This document shows positions 9,751-19,720 of a DNA stretch of 64,000 bases, in pieces. Position 1 is the stretch's first letter; every line of letters starts with the position of its first letter. The stretch lies in the IMG/VR virus record IMGVR_UViG_3300032240_003128. The stretch is one strand, 5' to 3'. The stretch is from a virus. The notes below the pieces were generated by a model. The model was not told the DNA's origin and did not search any database. It was given only the letters and a program-made list of their open reading frames with translations. The position numbers and the translations under genes were made by a program.

Positions 9751-10749
9751 ATGCTACCTATAGGTCCGAATCCAAACCAATATGAAAAACAAATAAATCC
9801 TTGCCCAGATGCAAGTTTACTAGGAAGATCTAATAATCAAGATCCACCTCCCGGCATGGATTGTCATATTCAACCAGATAATCAAAACAATGTTGGAGAC
9901 AACGGTGCTGCTGATTGGCTTAGAGATAATTTTGTCAACAACTTAGGAAATGGCGCAGCTAATAATTGCGATCCAATGCAAGCTGGCAAAATTATCAATG
10001 ATATAACAAGCGATACCAATCAAAATACAATCTATAGATATTCAAAAGCCCTCAGAGGAACTGATGAAGGCATAATGGATCTTTTCAGAAACATAGTTGT
10101 TATTGATGAAGACGGTAAGGCACATCCAGTTCCAATCATATGGGCAACTCAAGAAAGAGCAGTAGCAGCAATTTTACAACAAAATGTTCGCAAAGATGAA
10201 ACATTAGTTGTTGATAGAATAAGACTACCAATGCTCGCAGTAAGTGCTACAGGATATGAATTTGATGTAAAAAGATATACTTATCATCAAGCATTAAACT
10301 ATGTTGAAGCGTATACAGGAAATTCTCCACAAAAAGTTCCGAAATATGGTAATAGAGAGACATTGTTTGGGGTTGCTAGAGGTATACCAATAAATATTGC
10401 TTATACTCTTTACGCATGGACGATGCAATTAGAAGATATGAACCAAATATTCGAGCAAATAGTTACAAAATTTAGTTTGGTTGCATACCTAAAAGTAAGG
10501 GGAATTTTACAAGAAGTGATTGTAAGGCTTGATTCAATTGCTAGTAATCTTGAAACAGAGCCGGGAGATGCCAAACTTAGAATTGTTAAATTTCAATTTA
10601 ATTTAACAGCGGAAACTTTTGTGCCGATGCCTGCAAAACTTTACGATTCTTTGATCAAAGTAGTAAAAGCAGATCTTGTAAATTCCGTAGATGAATCGAA
10701 AATTACCGAAGTGTTAGCCAAAATTGAGGAGATAGCACCACAACCATGA
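9751..10749 (+). CDS. gp15: Tail terminator/sheath stabiliser, T4 gp15-like, with N-terminal extension
   Basis: LFRNIVV..VPIIWA, RLPMLA, PINIAYTL...EDMNQIFEQI. Confidence 0.8.
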   Translation: MLPIGPNPNQYEKQINPCPDASLLGRSNNQDPPPGMDCHIQPDNQNNVGDNGAADWLRDNFVNNLGNGAANNCDPMQAGKIINDITSDTNQNTIYRYSKALRGTDEGIMDLFRNIVVIDEDGKAHPVPIIWATQERAVAAILQQNVRKDETLVVDRIRLPMLAVSATGYEFDVKRYTYHQALNYVEAYTGNSPQKVPKYGNRETLFGVARGIPINIAYTLYAWTMQLEDMNQIFEQIVTKFSLVAYLKVRGILQEVIVRLDSIASNLETEPGDAKLRIVKFQFNLTAETFVPMPAKLYDSLIKVVKADLVNSVDESKITEVLAKIEEIAPQP

Positions 10750-10973
10750 TAGAAATAACAAATGTTTGCAAGCATCCTGTTCAACTAGTAATAAAGAGTA
10801 AAAAAAAGGTAAATTCTTTTACAACTTTAAATATACCCGGCTTAGGTTCTAAAAAAAATATTTATAATTTAGAAGATGAAAGGTCTACTGCATATATAGA
10901 AAGAGTAGAAAAAATGGGTCTTATCAAAACTAGATATGTACCAAATAATATTTTGACTGAGGGAGAAAAGTAA
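10746..10973 (+). CDS. Small hypothetical protein between gp15-like and sheath genes
   Basis: Translationally coupled ORF. Confidence 0.7.
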   Translation: MIEITNVCKHPVQLVIKSKKKVNSFTTLNIPGLGSKKNIYNLEDERSTAYIERVEKMGLIKTRYVPNNILTEGEK

Positions 10974-10974
10974 A

Positions 10975-13308
10975 ATGGCAACTTTACGAGGCTTTCCTGC
11001 AAGCAACACAATCAGCCCTTCTGTGAGAATCACAGAAAATGATTTGACTTTTATTAGTCCAACTACAAGCTTCCATAAGGTTGCTTTGGTTGGTTTTGCT
11101 AGCAAAGGACCAATCAACACACCAACTAGTGTTACAACTTTGACTGATCTTGTTACAAAGTTTGGCAATCCACACCCTGATACAAGTGATCCTTATTTGA
11201 TCTATGCGGCACAACAAGTTCTCAGGGTTTCAAGCGAAATAATAATTACAAGAGTAGCAGATGTTGATCCAACTAGTAACACAAGTGCTACTTCTGCATC
11301 AGTGGATGTTCCATCTGCTGGCGGCATTGTTGACATCATCGGAAGCATTGTTGGTCCTTATATTTTCGCAGATGACTATTACTTCAGTTGGAAACTTAAC
11401 GGCATTCTTGCCAGCAAAATTCTTACAGTTCCTGCTGATAGCTACACATTAACTGAACTCGTCGATCTTTTGAATCTTCAGTTGAATCCTTCAATTGATG
11501 GTATTGAATTCTACGAAACAGGAAGCAGCACTTTAGGGCTTCGTTCTGTTTGGGCTTATGGCACTGCCGCTTCAATTGAATTGGTATCACACCAAGACTC
11601 AATTTACGGTGGAGTAAGCAGCATCGTAGGTCTTGGTACAGCTATGACCCAAGCAATCTTGACTGGCACTGAAGATCATTATCCTCTCGATGCTTATACT
11701 TCAGCTGGTACTTGGAACTTTGCAGGAATCGGTTCAGACGTTCTTGCCACTGCTATTCAGGTAGTTGTTAGCGGCACAGGAAACGTAAATATCGATGACG
11801 TAGTCCAAGTAATCGACTTGTCAGCACTTGCTGGTGCATCTTGGACGACTGCTCAAGTTGTAACCGAAATTCAAACTCAACTAGCTTCTCTTCCCGGTGG
11901 CTTTTATGTTGATGATGATGGCGCAGATCATTTAGTTTTCAACACCTTAACTTATGGCGTAGGAAGCAAATTGCTTGTGAAGTCAGAAAGTACAATGGAT
12001 GTTGTTTTCGGTTTAAGCAATCTAACCGCATCAGGCTTGTCACCTATCAGAATTTCAGGTGGTGGTCTAACTGAAGAAGGTGGTAAAGTAACTGGTAGTT
12101 CTAATGGTGCTAGCAATATTAGCTTTACTATATTTGCAGATAGCCCCGGCATTGAAGGCAATGCAACAAGAGTTGTAATTGTAACAAGCCCTTATGACGG
12201 AACTTTCCAGATTCAAGTTTACAACAATGGGCAGCAAGTTGAAGCTTGGGGTAATCTTACCAAGAATCAATTTTCCTCTTTCTATGTTGAGTCTTACATC
12301 AACACTGTCAGCAATTACATCAAGGTTACTGACAATACAGCAATTCCCGCTCCTCCTGCCAACACTGGAACAACTGGATTGTTATTGACAGGCGGAACTG
12401 ACGGCATTCCTGTTGATCCTGATGCTCAAGATGACTTGATTATTGGAAATCCAACTGCTGGTACAGGTCTTTATACCTTCTCAGAACCAGAACAGGTTGA
12501 TGTTGATTTAGTGGCAACACCCGGCAGAAGCTCAACAGCTGTTGTAAGAGCTTTGATTGACGTTTGTGAAACTTATCGTCAAGACGCATTGGCAATTATT
12601 GATCCTCCATTCGGTTTGACTGTCAATGAAATCATTGATTGGCAGAATGGTGTTCATCCTCTCAACAACACTAGACTTGATACAGACTTTGCTGCTCTGT
12701 ATTACCCTTGGGTTGAAATGACTGATGTGTTCAATAACATAGCAGTTTGGGTTCCTCCTTCCGGTTCAGTTCTTGGTGCTATTTGCCAAAGTGATGCAGT
12801 GTCTGGTCCTTGGTACGCTCCAGCTGGCTTAACCAGAGGTCTTGTTCCAAATGTTAACAATGTGTTCAGCAGACCAACTTTGATTGAACGTGATTTAATG
12901 TATGGTAATAACAATGCTATCAATCCAATTATCACTTATCCAGATATTTCTGGATTCGTAATTTGGGGTCAGAAAACTCTTCAAAGAACTCCAACTGCAC
13001 TTGATAGAGTCAATGTTCGTAGAATGTTGTTCTATGTCGAGAAGTCAATCAAGAGCATTGCAAAACAATATTTGTTTGAACCAAACAACGCTGCAACAAG
13101 ATCTTCTTTTGTTACAGCTTGCTCTCAGGTTCTCACAAGACTTGTTGCTAACAATGGCGCACAGGATTTCGTTATCAAGTGCGACGAAGAATTAAATACA
13201 TCAGACGTAATATCAAGAAATGAACTAAGAGCAAGAATTGGCATTGTGCCTGTTTACGCCATCGAATTTATATTTATTGAATTCAACTTGGTGAGAACCT
13301 TAGCATAA
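10975..13308 (+). CDS. gp18: Contractile tail sheath protein
   Basis: SPSVRITEND, GFASKGP, PWYAPAGLTRG, WGQKTLQ, LDRVNVRR, FEPNN. Confidence 0.97.
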   Translation: MATLRGFPASNTISPSVRITENDLTFISPTTSFHKVALVGFASKGPINTPTSVTTLTDLVTKFGNPHPDTSDPYLIYAAQQVLRVSSEIIITRVADVDPTSNTSATSASVDVPSAGGIVDIIGSIVGPYIFADDYYFSWKLNGILASKILTVPADSYTLTELVDLLNLQLNPSIDGIEFYETGSSTLGLRSVWAYGTAASIELVSHQDSIYGGVSSIVGLGTAMTQAILTGTEDHYPLDAYTSAGTWNFAGIGSDVLATAIQVVVSGTGNVNIDDVVQVIDLSALAGASWTTAQVVTEIQTQLASLPGGFYVDDDGADHLVFNTLTYGVGSKLLVKSESTMDVVFGLSNLTASGLSPIRISGGGLTEEGGKVTGSSNGASNISFTIFADSPGIEGNATRVVIVTSPYDGTFQIQVYNNGQQVEAWGNLTKNQFSSFYVESYINTVSNYIKVTDNTAIPAPPANTGTTGLLLTGGTDGIPVDPDAQDDLIIGNPTAGTGLYTFSEPEQVDVDLVATPGRSSTAVVRALIDVCETYRQDALAIIDPPFGLTVNEIIDWQNGVHPLNNTRLDTDFAALYYPWVEMTDVFNNIAVWVPPSGSVLGAICQSDAVSGPWYAPAGLTRGLVPNVNNVFSRPTLIERDLMYGNNNAINPIITYPDISGFVIWGQKTLQRTPTALDRVNVRRMLFYVEKSIKSIAKQYLFEPNNAATRSSFVTACSQVLTRLVANNGAQDFVIKCDEELNTSDVISRNELRARIGIVPVYAIEFIFIEFNLVRTLA

Positions 13309-13338
13309 TAATAAAAATATTAATACAAGGGAGGATTG

Positions 13339-13998
13339 ATGGCTAGTACAGTTAATAATATGGGGATTGGACCACTGGGCAATGTAGCCTTTAAGCGTAA
13401 ATATCGCTGGTTGTTTTCTGTAGAAAACATTGGCGGCGGTGGTTCAAACAGCTTTGGTGTTTCTGGTAAGTATGTAAAAGCAGGTAACAGACCAAATCTT
13501 GAAATTGATGATGGCACAGAAATCAATTTCTTGAATGGAAAGACTTGGTTGCCCGGTAAAGCCACTTTCCAAAGCATAGAATTTACATATTATGATGTGG
13601 CAGTTCCCGGAGATGTAACAGTCACTAATCTTCTAAGATGGGTTAACAGAGTTTATAACTTTGCTTCACCAGCTAGCGGTGTAGCTAATTCAACTGAAAT
13701 TGCAGCAACTCAAAGAAGTTACGCAGTAGATCCAACTGGTGCTGGTAATGGCTACGCAGGAACTGGAAAACTACTTCTTCTCGACGGTTGCGGTTATGTT
13801 CTTGAAACGTGGACTTTAGTTAACTGCTGGCCCCAAAGTATAAACTTCGGGGACTTGAGCTACTCTGAGTCTGCCGAATGTGATATTGCAGTAACTCTTA
13901 GATATTCTTATGCTAAATACGAAAGCAATTGCGCACCACTTGCTGGAGAAATTTGCAGCATACCTGTTTGCGGCTCTGCTGTAGGAGCAAACTTCTAA
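13339..13998 (+). CDS. gp19: Tail tube protein (gp19-like), copy 1
   Basis: Follows sheath; FKRKYRW, RPNLE, PGKATF, WTLVNCWP.SINFGDLSY, VTLRY. Confidence 0.85.
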   Translation: MASTVNNMGIGPLGNVAFKRKYRWLFSVENIGGGGSNSFGVSGKYVKAGNRPNLEIDDGTEINFLNGKTWLPGKATFQSIEFTYYDVAVPGDVTVTNLLRWVNRVYNFASPASGVANSTEIAATQRSYAVDPTGAGNGYAGTGKLLLLDGCGYVLETWTLVNCWPQSINFGDLSYSESAECDIAVTLRYSYAKYESNCAPLAGEICSIPVCGSAVGANF

Positions 13999-14009
13999 GG
14001 ATAATAATT

Positions 14010-14591
14010 ATGCCTAATATGGGTATTGGTTTTGCCTCTTCTGTAGTATTCAAGAGGCAAAACCGGTTTATCATGCACATACCAGACGTTACGCATGTTG
14101 GTAATAGTTCTGTTAGAATTTATAACAAAGTATTACTAGAAGAAAAATCTGCTAGACCAAAGCTTTCTTATAAAGAAATTGAAGTAAATCATGTTATAGA
14201 GACTATAAGATTTGCTGGTAGACCTGAGTGGGACAATTTACAAGTTAGCTTATATGATGTTGCGCAATCAAATCCTGCTTGGGGATGGATTACATCTAAT
14301 TATTATTTAAGAAAAATGGGAAATAGTAATCAGGTTGGTATTGGTTATTTGGGTGGTGCTAGCGGTAATTTCAAAAGAAATGTTCAAATATTTATGCTAG
14401 ATGGTTGTGGATATGCAATAGAAGCTTGGAATTACGTTAATGCTTATCCTGTTGCTGTTGACTGGGGTGAAGTTAGCATGGGCTCAAGCGATGCTATGAG
14501 GATTAACATGACTTTAAGATATGATAGAGCTTATTGGGAAGCATGTAGCAGAAATATAATTTCTATTGCATCCCAATATATGATTCCTTAA
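14010..14591 (+). CDS. Tail tube-like protein, copy 2
   Basis: Paralogous motifs FKRQNRF, ARPKL, AGRPEW, LDGCGY, AYP..VDWG, MTLRYD. Confidence 0.8.
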   Translation: MPNMGIGFASSVVFKRQNRFIMHIPDVTHVGNSSVRIYNKVLLEEKSARPKLSYKEIEVNHVIETIRFAGRPEWDNLQVSLYDVAQSNPAWGWITSNYYLRKMGNSNQVGIGYLGGASGNFKRNVQIFMLDGCGYAIEAWNYVNAYPVAVDWGEVSMGSSDAMRINMTLRYDRAYWEACSRNIISIASQYMIP

Positions 14592-14857
14592 TCACTTTCC
14601 TTTAAAGCCTGATATTCATCTTTGTCTAAAAATTGATCAACTTCAAGAACTTTTCTGCATTCTTCAAGGAATGTTTCTAGTTCTTTGTTTTTCATATCTA
14701 GAATGCGACAAGCACCAGACTTATTCAATCTGCCTTTTTTTGTATAAACAAGGTTTTCGTTTGAAAGTAAGAGATTGATTTTTTCTTTGAGGTAACTGTT
14801 TTCGAGAATATTTAAAAGTTCATTACTTTCAATGCCTTCGAGAAATCTATTCTTCAT
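14588..14857 (-). CDS. Small Fis-type HTH DNA-binding protein
   Basis: GRLNKSGACRILDM; GAGGAG SD. Confidence 0.55.
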   Translation of the reverse strand: MKNRFLEGIESNELLNILENSYLKEKINLLLSNENLVYTKKGRLNKSGACRILDMKNKELETFLEECRKVLEVDQFLDKDEYQALKESD

Positions 14858-15010
14858 ACTAAGCTCCTCGGAACAAAAACATCAAAACAATAAAATTGCC
14901 AATAGCCAATCGATAAAATTGATTATTGGGCATTCACACTAACATAGCGTGAATGCTTAAAAAATATTATTATAACTTCACTGTAATGATAACGTAAATG
15001 AAAATTTAAA

Positions 15011-15499
15011 TCAAATTCTTTTTATAGGCATTTCTTTGCTTATCTTTGTGTAACAAAAATCTTGATATCTCTTCTTCAATTCTTCGAAGTTTTTGTTTGT
15101 TCTGTATATTTGTCTTAAATGATGAATGAGGCAAGTGGTTAAAAAATTAAATGCTTTGCTGCCTCTACTTGGATCAAAACGCTCTATCTTCGCAAAACAA
15201 ATAAATACACCTTCTTGGACGGCATCATCATAATCTATTTTTTGGAAATTTCTAAATCTTACAATATTCTCAGCCAATGTGAAAAATTCTTTTGCCAGAT
15301 TGTCTTGACTTTGTTTTAAGATTTTTTCGTTTTCAATATTTTTTTCTTCACTGATTTTTAGCGTAGGGGTTTCCACATTTTGCTTATGAGCTTCGTAATC
15401 TTGCTTAAGCAGTTCATATTTTTTTTTAAACTTTTTAGCTTGCTGAAAGTCGATAATATTTTTTTCTAAATATTTATTATCAAGATAATGATTACTCAT
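15011..15499 (-). CDS. gp55: Late-transcription sigma factor, T4 gp55-like
   Basis: HYLDNK, LAENIV..RNF, DDAVQEG, RFDPSRGSKAFNFLT; region 2 only, no region 4. Confidence 0.85.
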   Translation of the reverse strand: MSNHYLDNKYLEKNIIDFQQAKKFKKKYELLKQDYEAHKQNVETPTLKISEEKNIENEKILKQSQDNLAKEFFTLAENIVRFRNFQKIDYDDAVQEGVFICFAKIERFDPSRGSKAFNFLTTCLIHHLRQIYRTNKNFEELKKRYQDFCYTKISKEMPIKRI

Positions 15500-15513
15500 A
15501 TTATCAATATAGT

Positions 15514-16287
15514 ATGAGTGTTATCAAAATAAATTGCGCAATAATTGTCGATTCTTTGAAAGAACAAGAACAATGTTTAGTTAAATTCAATGATATTGAA
15601 AATAAAAATTTTTTTACATTTGATAAAAACATTAAAAATTTAAATTTGTTAAAAAGCAAAAAGAATTTTTTTGCAGAATTAGAATTATTTTACAATAAAA
15701 GTTATTTTTTTGTTCTTCATCCAGATGAAGAAATTGCGTTGTGGGATGAGGAAGAATCGTTTAAATCTCATTACAATCTAATTGTAGACAAATGGATCAT
15801 CAAATCGAAAAGAAGTAATTCTAAGTCAAATGAAATATCCAAGATATTTGTTAAAAGTTCATTTAAAAATATAAAAAAATTCAATGATGATTGGTGTCAT
15901 GTATATTCTGATAAAGGTTTGTTTTTACCGAAATTGGAGGAATACATTTTTGTTAATGATCCAGCTCCGAATGAATTGTTTTTAGTATATCAGTATGTGT
16001 ATGAAAAATTAAAAAATAATAATCACACATCAGATTTAAATGAATTTATTCAGTCGATGGTAAAGAAGTATCCAACATTTGTTGAACTGACAAATCTGTG
16101 GGGTGATTATTTGTATGAATTGAATTTGTTTTCAAGTGCTAAAAACTGTTATGAAAATGCAATAAAAATGGCTGAGAGTAGAAAAATATACGATTTTCTA
16201 CCGATGATTCCTAGTATGCATAAAAATCATCCTGAAAAAATGTTAGCCAATATAAACAATATATTGGCTAAATATGATGTTAATTAA
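15514..16287 (+). CDS. TPR-containing protein, possibly a degenerate GT2+TPR
   Basis: FFVLHPDEE; LWGDYLYELNLFSSAKNCYENAI is TPR-like. Confidence 0.5.
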   Translation: MSVIKINCAIIVDSLKEQEQCLVKFNDIENKNFFTFDKNIKNLNLLKSKKNFFAELELFYNKSYFFVLHPDEEIALWDEEESFKSHYNLIVDKWIIKSKRSNSKSNEISKIFVKSSFKNIKKFNDDWCHVYSDKGLFLPKLEEYIFVNDPAPNELFLVYQYVYEKLKNNNHTSDLNEFIQSMVKKYPTFVELTNLWGDYLYELNLFSSAKNCYENAIKMAESRKIYDFLPMIPSMHKNHPEKMLANINNILAKYDVN

Positions 16288-16688
16288 AACAAATTGTCAA
16301 GTTCATTTACGATCACAGTAACTTGGTCTTCGTACCTTGACATTGTAACTTGCTTTCTTCCTGCTGGTAATTTTTTCATTTCTTTTTCAAGATCGCCAAT
16401 TGAACAGTTAATGACATACCAATTATTTTTAGCTAATCTTTCAATTTCTTCTTCTTGAGACATGACTTCTTTATTTGGAAAATAAGTAAGTACTTGCTCT
16501 TTAGCTTCTTTCATGATTTTTTTGTACAGAGGAACATTGCAAGAACAGCTTGGATTATTGATGAATTTTTGAACATCAGGCGTGAGTGATTCTGGCAAAG
16601 TAGAACGAAATTTTTCGTCCTTCATTGCTGTTTTGATATCCATCAAAGAAACATAATTCTTAATTTTTTGTTTGTTCTGGTCGCTCAT
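16284..16688 (-). CDS. Hypothetical protein
   Basis: 134-aa ORF with NPSCSCN. Confidence 0.7.
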   Translation of the reverse strand: MSDQNKQKIKNYVSLMDIKTAMKDEKFRSTLPESLTPDVQKFINNPSCSCNVPLYKKIMKEAKEQVLTYFPNKEVMSQEEEIERLAKNNWYVINCSIGDLEKEMKKLPAGRKQVTMSRYEDQVTVIVNELDNLF

Positions 16689-16923
16689 ATTTCCTTACCC
16701 TCAAAGCATGCCCACAAGATCTACATCTATAAAGAGTCAACTGCTTTTTAATTTTTTCTTTTTCGTCATCTTTTTTGATAGCATTCTGGATGTCAGACCT
16801 TTTTATCTGAAATAAATTCTCTAAATCTTTTTCAAGATATTTCTTGCCACAATTATCACAAATTATTTGTGTTTCAGTCTGATATGACACTGTTAGCTTC
16901 CAAGTAGGTTTGAAAGAACGCAA
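16660..16923 (-). CDS. Zinc-ribbon protein (start uncertain)
   Basis: CDNC...CRSC. Confidence 0.65.
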   Translation of the reverse strand: MRSFKPTWKLTVSYQTETQIICDNCGKKYLEKDLENLFQIKRSDIQNAIKKDDEKEKIKKQLTLYRCRSCGHALRVRKYERPEQTKN

Positions 16924-17188
16924 AGAATGTTGCTAAAAAGCTAGTTGCGCATCCGCCTAAAAATATGTAATGCAGTTTGTTAAATCCCCATTCATTAAAA
17001 ATTAACAAAAGTGTTGTTGTGAATGCTCCAGCCCAAAAACCTGTGCATTGGTAGCAATTGAGTCCTTTCATGATGAACTCAGGCAAGTATGGTTTTATTT
17101 TATCTTTTACGACTTTAGCGATATCGGATTCGACAATAATGTTTGTCATGCCGATAGATCCAAGTGTCCAAACAATAATCTCAAACAT
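16874..17188 (-). CDS. Small membrane protein, DUF1360-like
   Basis: Hydrophobic segments and LNCYQCTGFW; GAGGTG SD. Confidence 0.65.
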   Translation of the reverse strand: MFEIIVWTLGSIGMTNIIVESDIAKVVKDKIKPYLPEFIMKGLNCYQCTGFWAGAFTTTLLLIFNEWGFNKLHYIFLGGCATSFLATFFAFFQTYLEANSVISD

Positions 17189-17190
17189 AA

Positions 17191-17559
17191 TCACCTCGTT
17201 GAAAGTAATACAGAAACTTTGTTGCCTTTTCTGTAAACGCACAAATCAGCCACATTAATATTAAGAGGTAATTGTAATTCAAAATCATCAATTGTCCCAA
17301 CAATATTTTTAAAAGAATTTAATTCTATTTTCATCATGTCAATTGGAGACTTAAATATTTCCGATATTTTTTCAACTTCTTTGTCTGTTATGTTGTTGAG
17401 AAAATCTACAACTGATCGTATTCCCAAGCTTCTCATTTGAGGTATTTTTTGTGATAATGCCCAAGAATCAAAAAGATGTTTATGTCTTGGTAAAGACTCT
17501 CTAATCAGTTGATTCTGAAATAATAGTTCTGCTGCATTGTGAAATCCAATTTGTATCAT
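17191..17559 (-). CDS. Hypothetical protein
   Basis: 122-aa ORF with GGAG SD. Confidence 0.7.
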   Translation of the reverse strand: MIQIGFHNAAELLFQNQLIRESLPRHKHLFDSWALSQKIPQMRSLGIRSVVDFLNNITDKEVEKISEIFKSPIDMMKIELNSFKNIVGTIDDFELQLPLNINVADLCVYRKGNKVSVLLSTR

Positions 17560-17637
17560 AAAAAATCTCCTATTATAATATAGTTTTTAATAAATATCAC
17601 TAAATTAAAAATAAGATTAATGAATAAGGGGAAAATA

Positions 17638-18738
17638 ATGGCTGATGAAATTTATAGACCACAAAGACCAAACACACCTAACGGATTTGGCGGCAACAAT
17701 CCTGTTAATTTGCCAAAAGAACAACAGATGGATTTACCGGAAAATCATCCTTTAAGACAGCAAATGCCGCCACAAGGGCAACCCCAAGGACTACCACCAG
17801 AGTTTAATAATTTTCCCGCTGGAGCAATCACAGGTAATATTCCTCCTCAATTCAGATCTCAACTTAGTGGTGATACTTCTGGTTTTGCGCCAATGCCTAA
17901 GTCGCAAATGGACGTTTCGACTGCAATGGTGATGATGAATGCAAATCCTGAGCTTAATGCTATCTTGAATGCGTTAAAGCAAAATAGCATTAACTACGAA
18001 GAAGTAATGCTTCCTAGTAGGGGAAAGTTTTATGATGGGACAGATGGACCAACGAATGGAATAATTCACATTAGACCGATGACTGGTGAAGAAGAGCAAA
18101 TTCTTGCAACACCTAGATTTGTGAAAAAGAACACTGCTATTAATATGATTTTTAGCAAGTGTATCAGAGAAGATATTAAACCAGAAAATCTTCTTTCACA
18201 GGATAGAACATTTCTTTTGATTTATCTTCGTGGTATTAGCTATGGAACTGATTATGACATTCAAATTAAATGTCCAGAAACAGAAAGGCAATTTGCAACA
18301 ACTGTTGATTTAGACACTTTGGAAATCATTAGATGTCCTGATAATTTTGGACCAAACAATTTGAATGGTGTTTTGCCAAAAAGTAAATATAAATTTAGTT
18401 ATAGGTTTGGAAGAGGCAAAGATGAAACTGATTTGCAACAATACAGAGAATCAAAAATAAAAGCATTTAGTGAAACGGCGCTAGATGACACAATGACATT
18501 TAGACTTGCGCTTTTGCTAAATAGTGTTGAAACAATAACAGATAAAGAAGAATTGAAAGTATTAATCAGAAATTTGTCTATTCAAGATGTAAATTACATG
18601 AGAAATGTTATCAATGATCCTCCATTTGGAATGGAAACAAATATTACGGTGCTATCTCCTTATTCAAACGAGGACTTTGAAATAGAATTGCCACTTGATT
18701 CAGGTTTTTTCTTCCCAAAGAGCAAGAAGGCGAATTAA
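17638..18738 (+). CDS. Baseplate hub assembly/tail chaperone, T4 gp26-like, with Pro/Gln-rich N-terminus
   Basis: LPSRG, IRPMTGEEEQIL, DRTFLLIYLRGISYG, IKCP. Confidence 0.75.
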   Translation: MADEIYRPQRPNTPNGFGGNNPVNLPKEQQMDLPENHPLRQQMPPQGQPQGLPPEFNNFPAGAITGNIPPQFRSQLSGDTSGFAPMPKSQMDVSTAMVMMNANPELNAILNALKQNSINYEEVMLPSRGKFYDGTDGPTNGIIHIRPMTGEEEQILATPRFVKKNTAINMIFSKCIREDIKPENLLSQDRTFLLIYLRGISYGTDYDIQIKCPETERQFATTVDLDTLEIIRCPDNFGPNNLNGVLPKSKYKFSYRFGRGKDETDLQQYRESKIKAFSETALDDTMTFRLALLLNSVETITDKEELKVLIRNLSIQDVNYMRNVINDPPFGMETNITVLSPYSNEDFEIELPLDSGFFFPKSKKAN

Positions 18739-18929
18739 GTCCGAGCCTGAAGTTATGGCAAGCGTTGATGGATGAAATGTTTTTCTTTCTCTATCATCTG
18801 CGTGTTCAAAAACAAGACTTTATGCAATTTACAATTGCTGAAAGAAAATATTTGATTGATAAGTTTGTGGAGCAGAAGACAAAAGAAAAAGAGGAATACG
18901 ATAAAGCTTTCAAAGGTGGTAGGAAATAA
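18705..18929 (+). CDS. Unannotated -1-frame ORF (gp51-like small hub protein or frameshift extension of the gp26-like gene)
   Basis: Frame open from 18699 to TAA 18927-18929: ...LWQALMDEMFFFLYHLRVQKQDFMQFTIAERKYLIDKFVEQK; fills the gap to the next ATG at 18932. Confidence 0.75.
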   Translation, partial: FFLPKEQEGELSPSLKLWQALMDEMFFFLYHLRVQKQDFMQFTIAERKYLIDKFVEQKTKEKEEYDKAFKGGRK

Positions 18930-18931
18930 AA

Positions 18932-19669
18932 ATGGCAACAAAAGAAAGATATCAGAATCCAGTTCCAAACGACACAGTTGTGTTGCGATTGTTTGTTTAC
19001 AACCAGAACTCTTTTTCTAATGTGCAATCAATAGAAAAAGTAGAAATTTATAAAATGCCTGATGATGCATCAATTAACGATGTATCTAAAGGAACGCTTT
19101 TTCGAACAATAAGTCCTCCTGATATTAAGCAAGATGATACTGGAAAGTATTATGTTGATTTAGTTGCAGACTATCCTTTATTCACTGTTGGCAAGTATGT
19201 AGATATTTGGCATGTTGTGTTTGCTTCAGAAGAAGGCACAAACCAAATCATCAATACTTTTAATCTTTATGCAGATCTTTGGTATACAACGCCAATACCA
19301 GTTGTTTATGATTTTAGTTTCGTGTTTCGTCCCAATAGATTCAGAAAAGGATCAAAGCAATATATTATTTGCCAGATAACGCCTAATGTTCCAAGGGGAA
19401 CAGATCTTGGTCGATATTATGAAAACCTAATTATCAATTCGAATGTCATGATAAGCATGGAATTGACTTGTGGTGATTGTGTGCCAGCAGAACAAGATCT
19501 TAGGCTTGTTTTAGACCAAGCTCCAACTGACTATAGAGAAAAGAACTACGCATATTATTTGCTTGATACGACTGAATTGGAAGTTGGTATTTACAATGTT
19601 TGGTTCACCATGGAGATGGGTGAAAACACATTCATTTCTGATCGAATGAATCTACAAATCTTTAATTGA
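18932..19669 (+). CDS. Putative virion protein with two Ig-like beta domains
   Basis: DTGKYYVD..GKYVDIW and DTTELEVGIYNVW beta-sandwich patterns. Confidence 0.55.
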   Translation: MATKERYQNPVPNDTVVLRLFVYNQNSFSNVQSIEKVEIYKMPDDASINDVSKGTLFRTISPPDIKQDDTGKYYVDLVADYPLFTVGKYVDIWHVVFASEEGTNQIINTFNLYADLWYTTPIPVVYDFSFVFRPNRFRKGSKQYIICQITPNVPRGTDLGRYYENLIINSNVMISMELTCGDCVPAEQDLRLVLDQAPTDYREKNYAYYLLDTTELEVGIYNVWFTMEMGENTFISDRMNLQIFN

Positions 19670-19694
19670 CAACCTTTTTCAACATCATTATGAT
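19666..19694 (+). promoter_or_regulatory. Sigma70-type promoter for the MoxR/vWA genes
   Basis: TTGACA-17-TATGAT, then AAGGAGGT SD. Confidence 0.75.
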
Positions 19695-19720
19695 GATGAC
19701 ATCCAATCAAGGAGGTTGTC

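Noticed and set aside
14858-15010. Structured ncRNA in the gap upstream of the Fis-like gene
   Set aside because: Only a modest 8-bp hairpin (GCATTCAC/GTGAATGC) and weak pairing; not enough to call.
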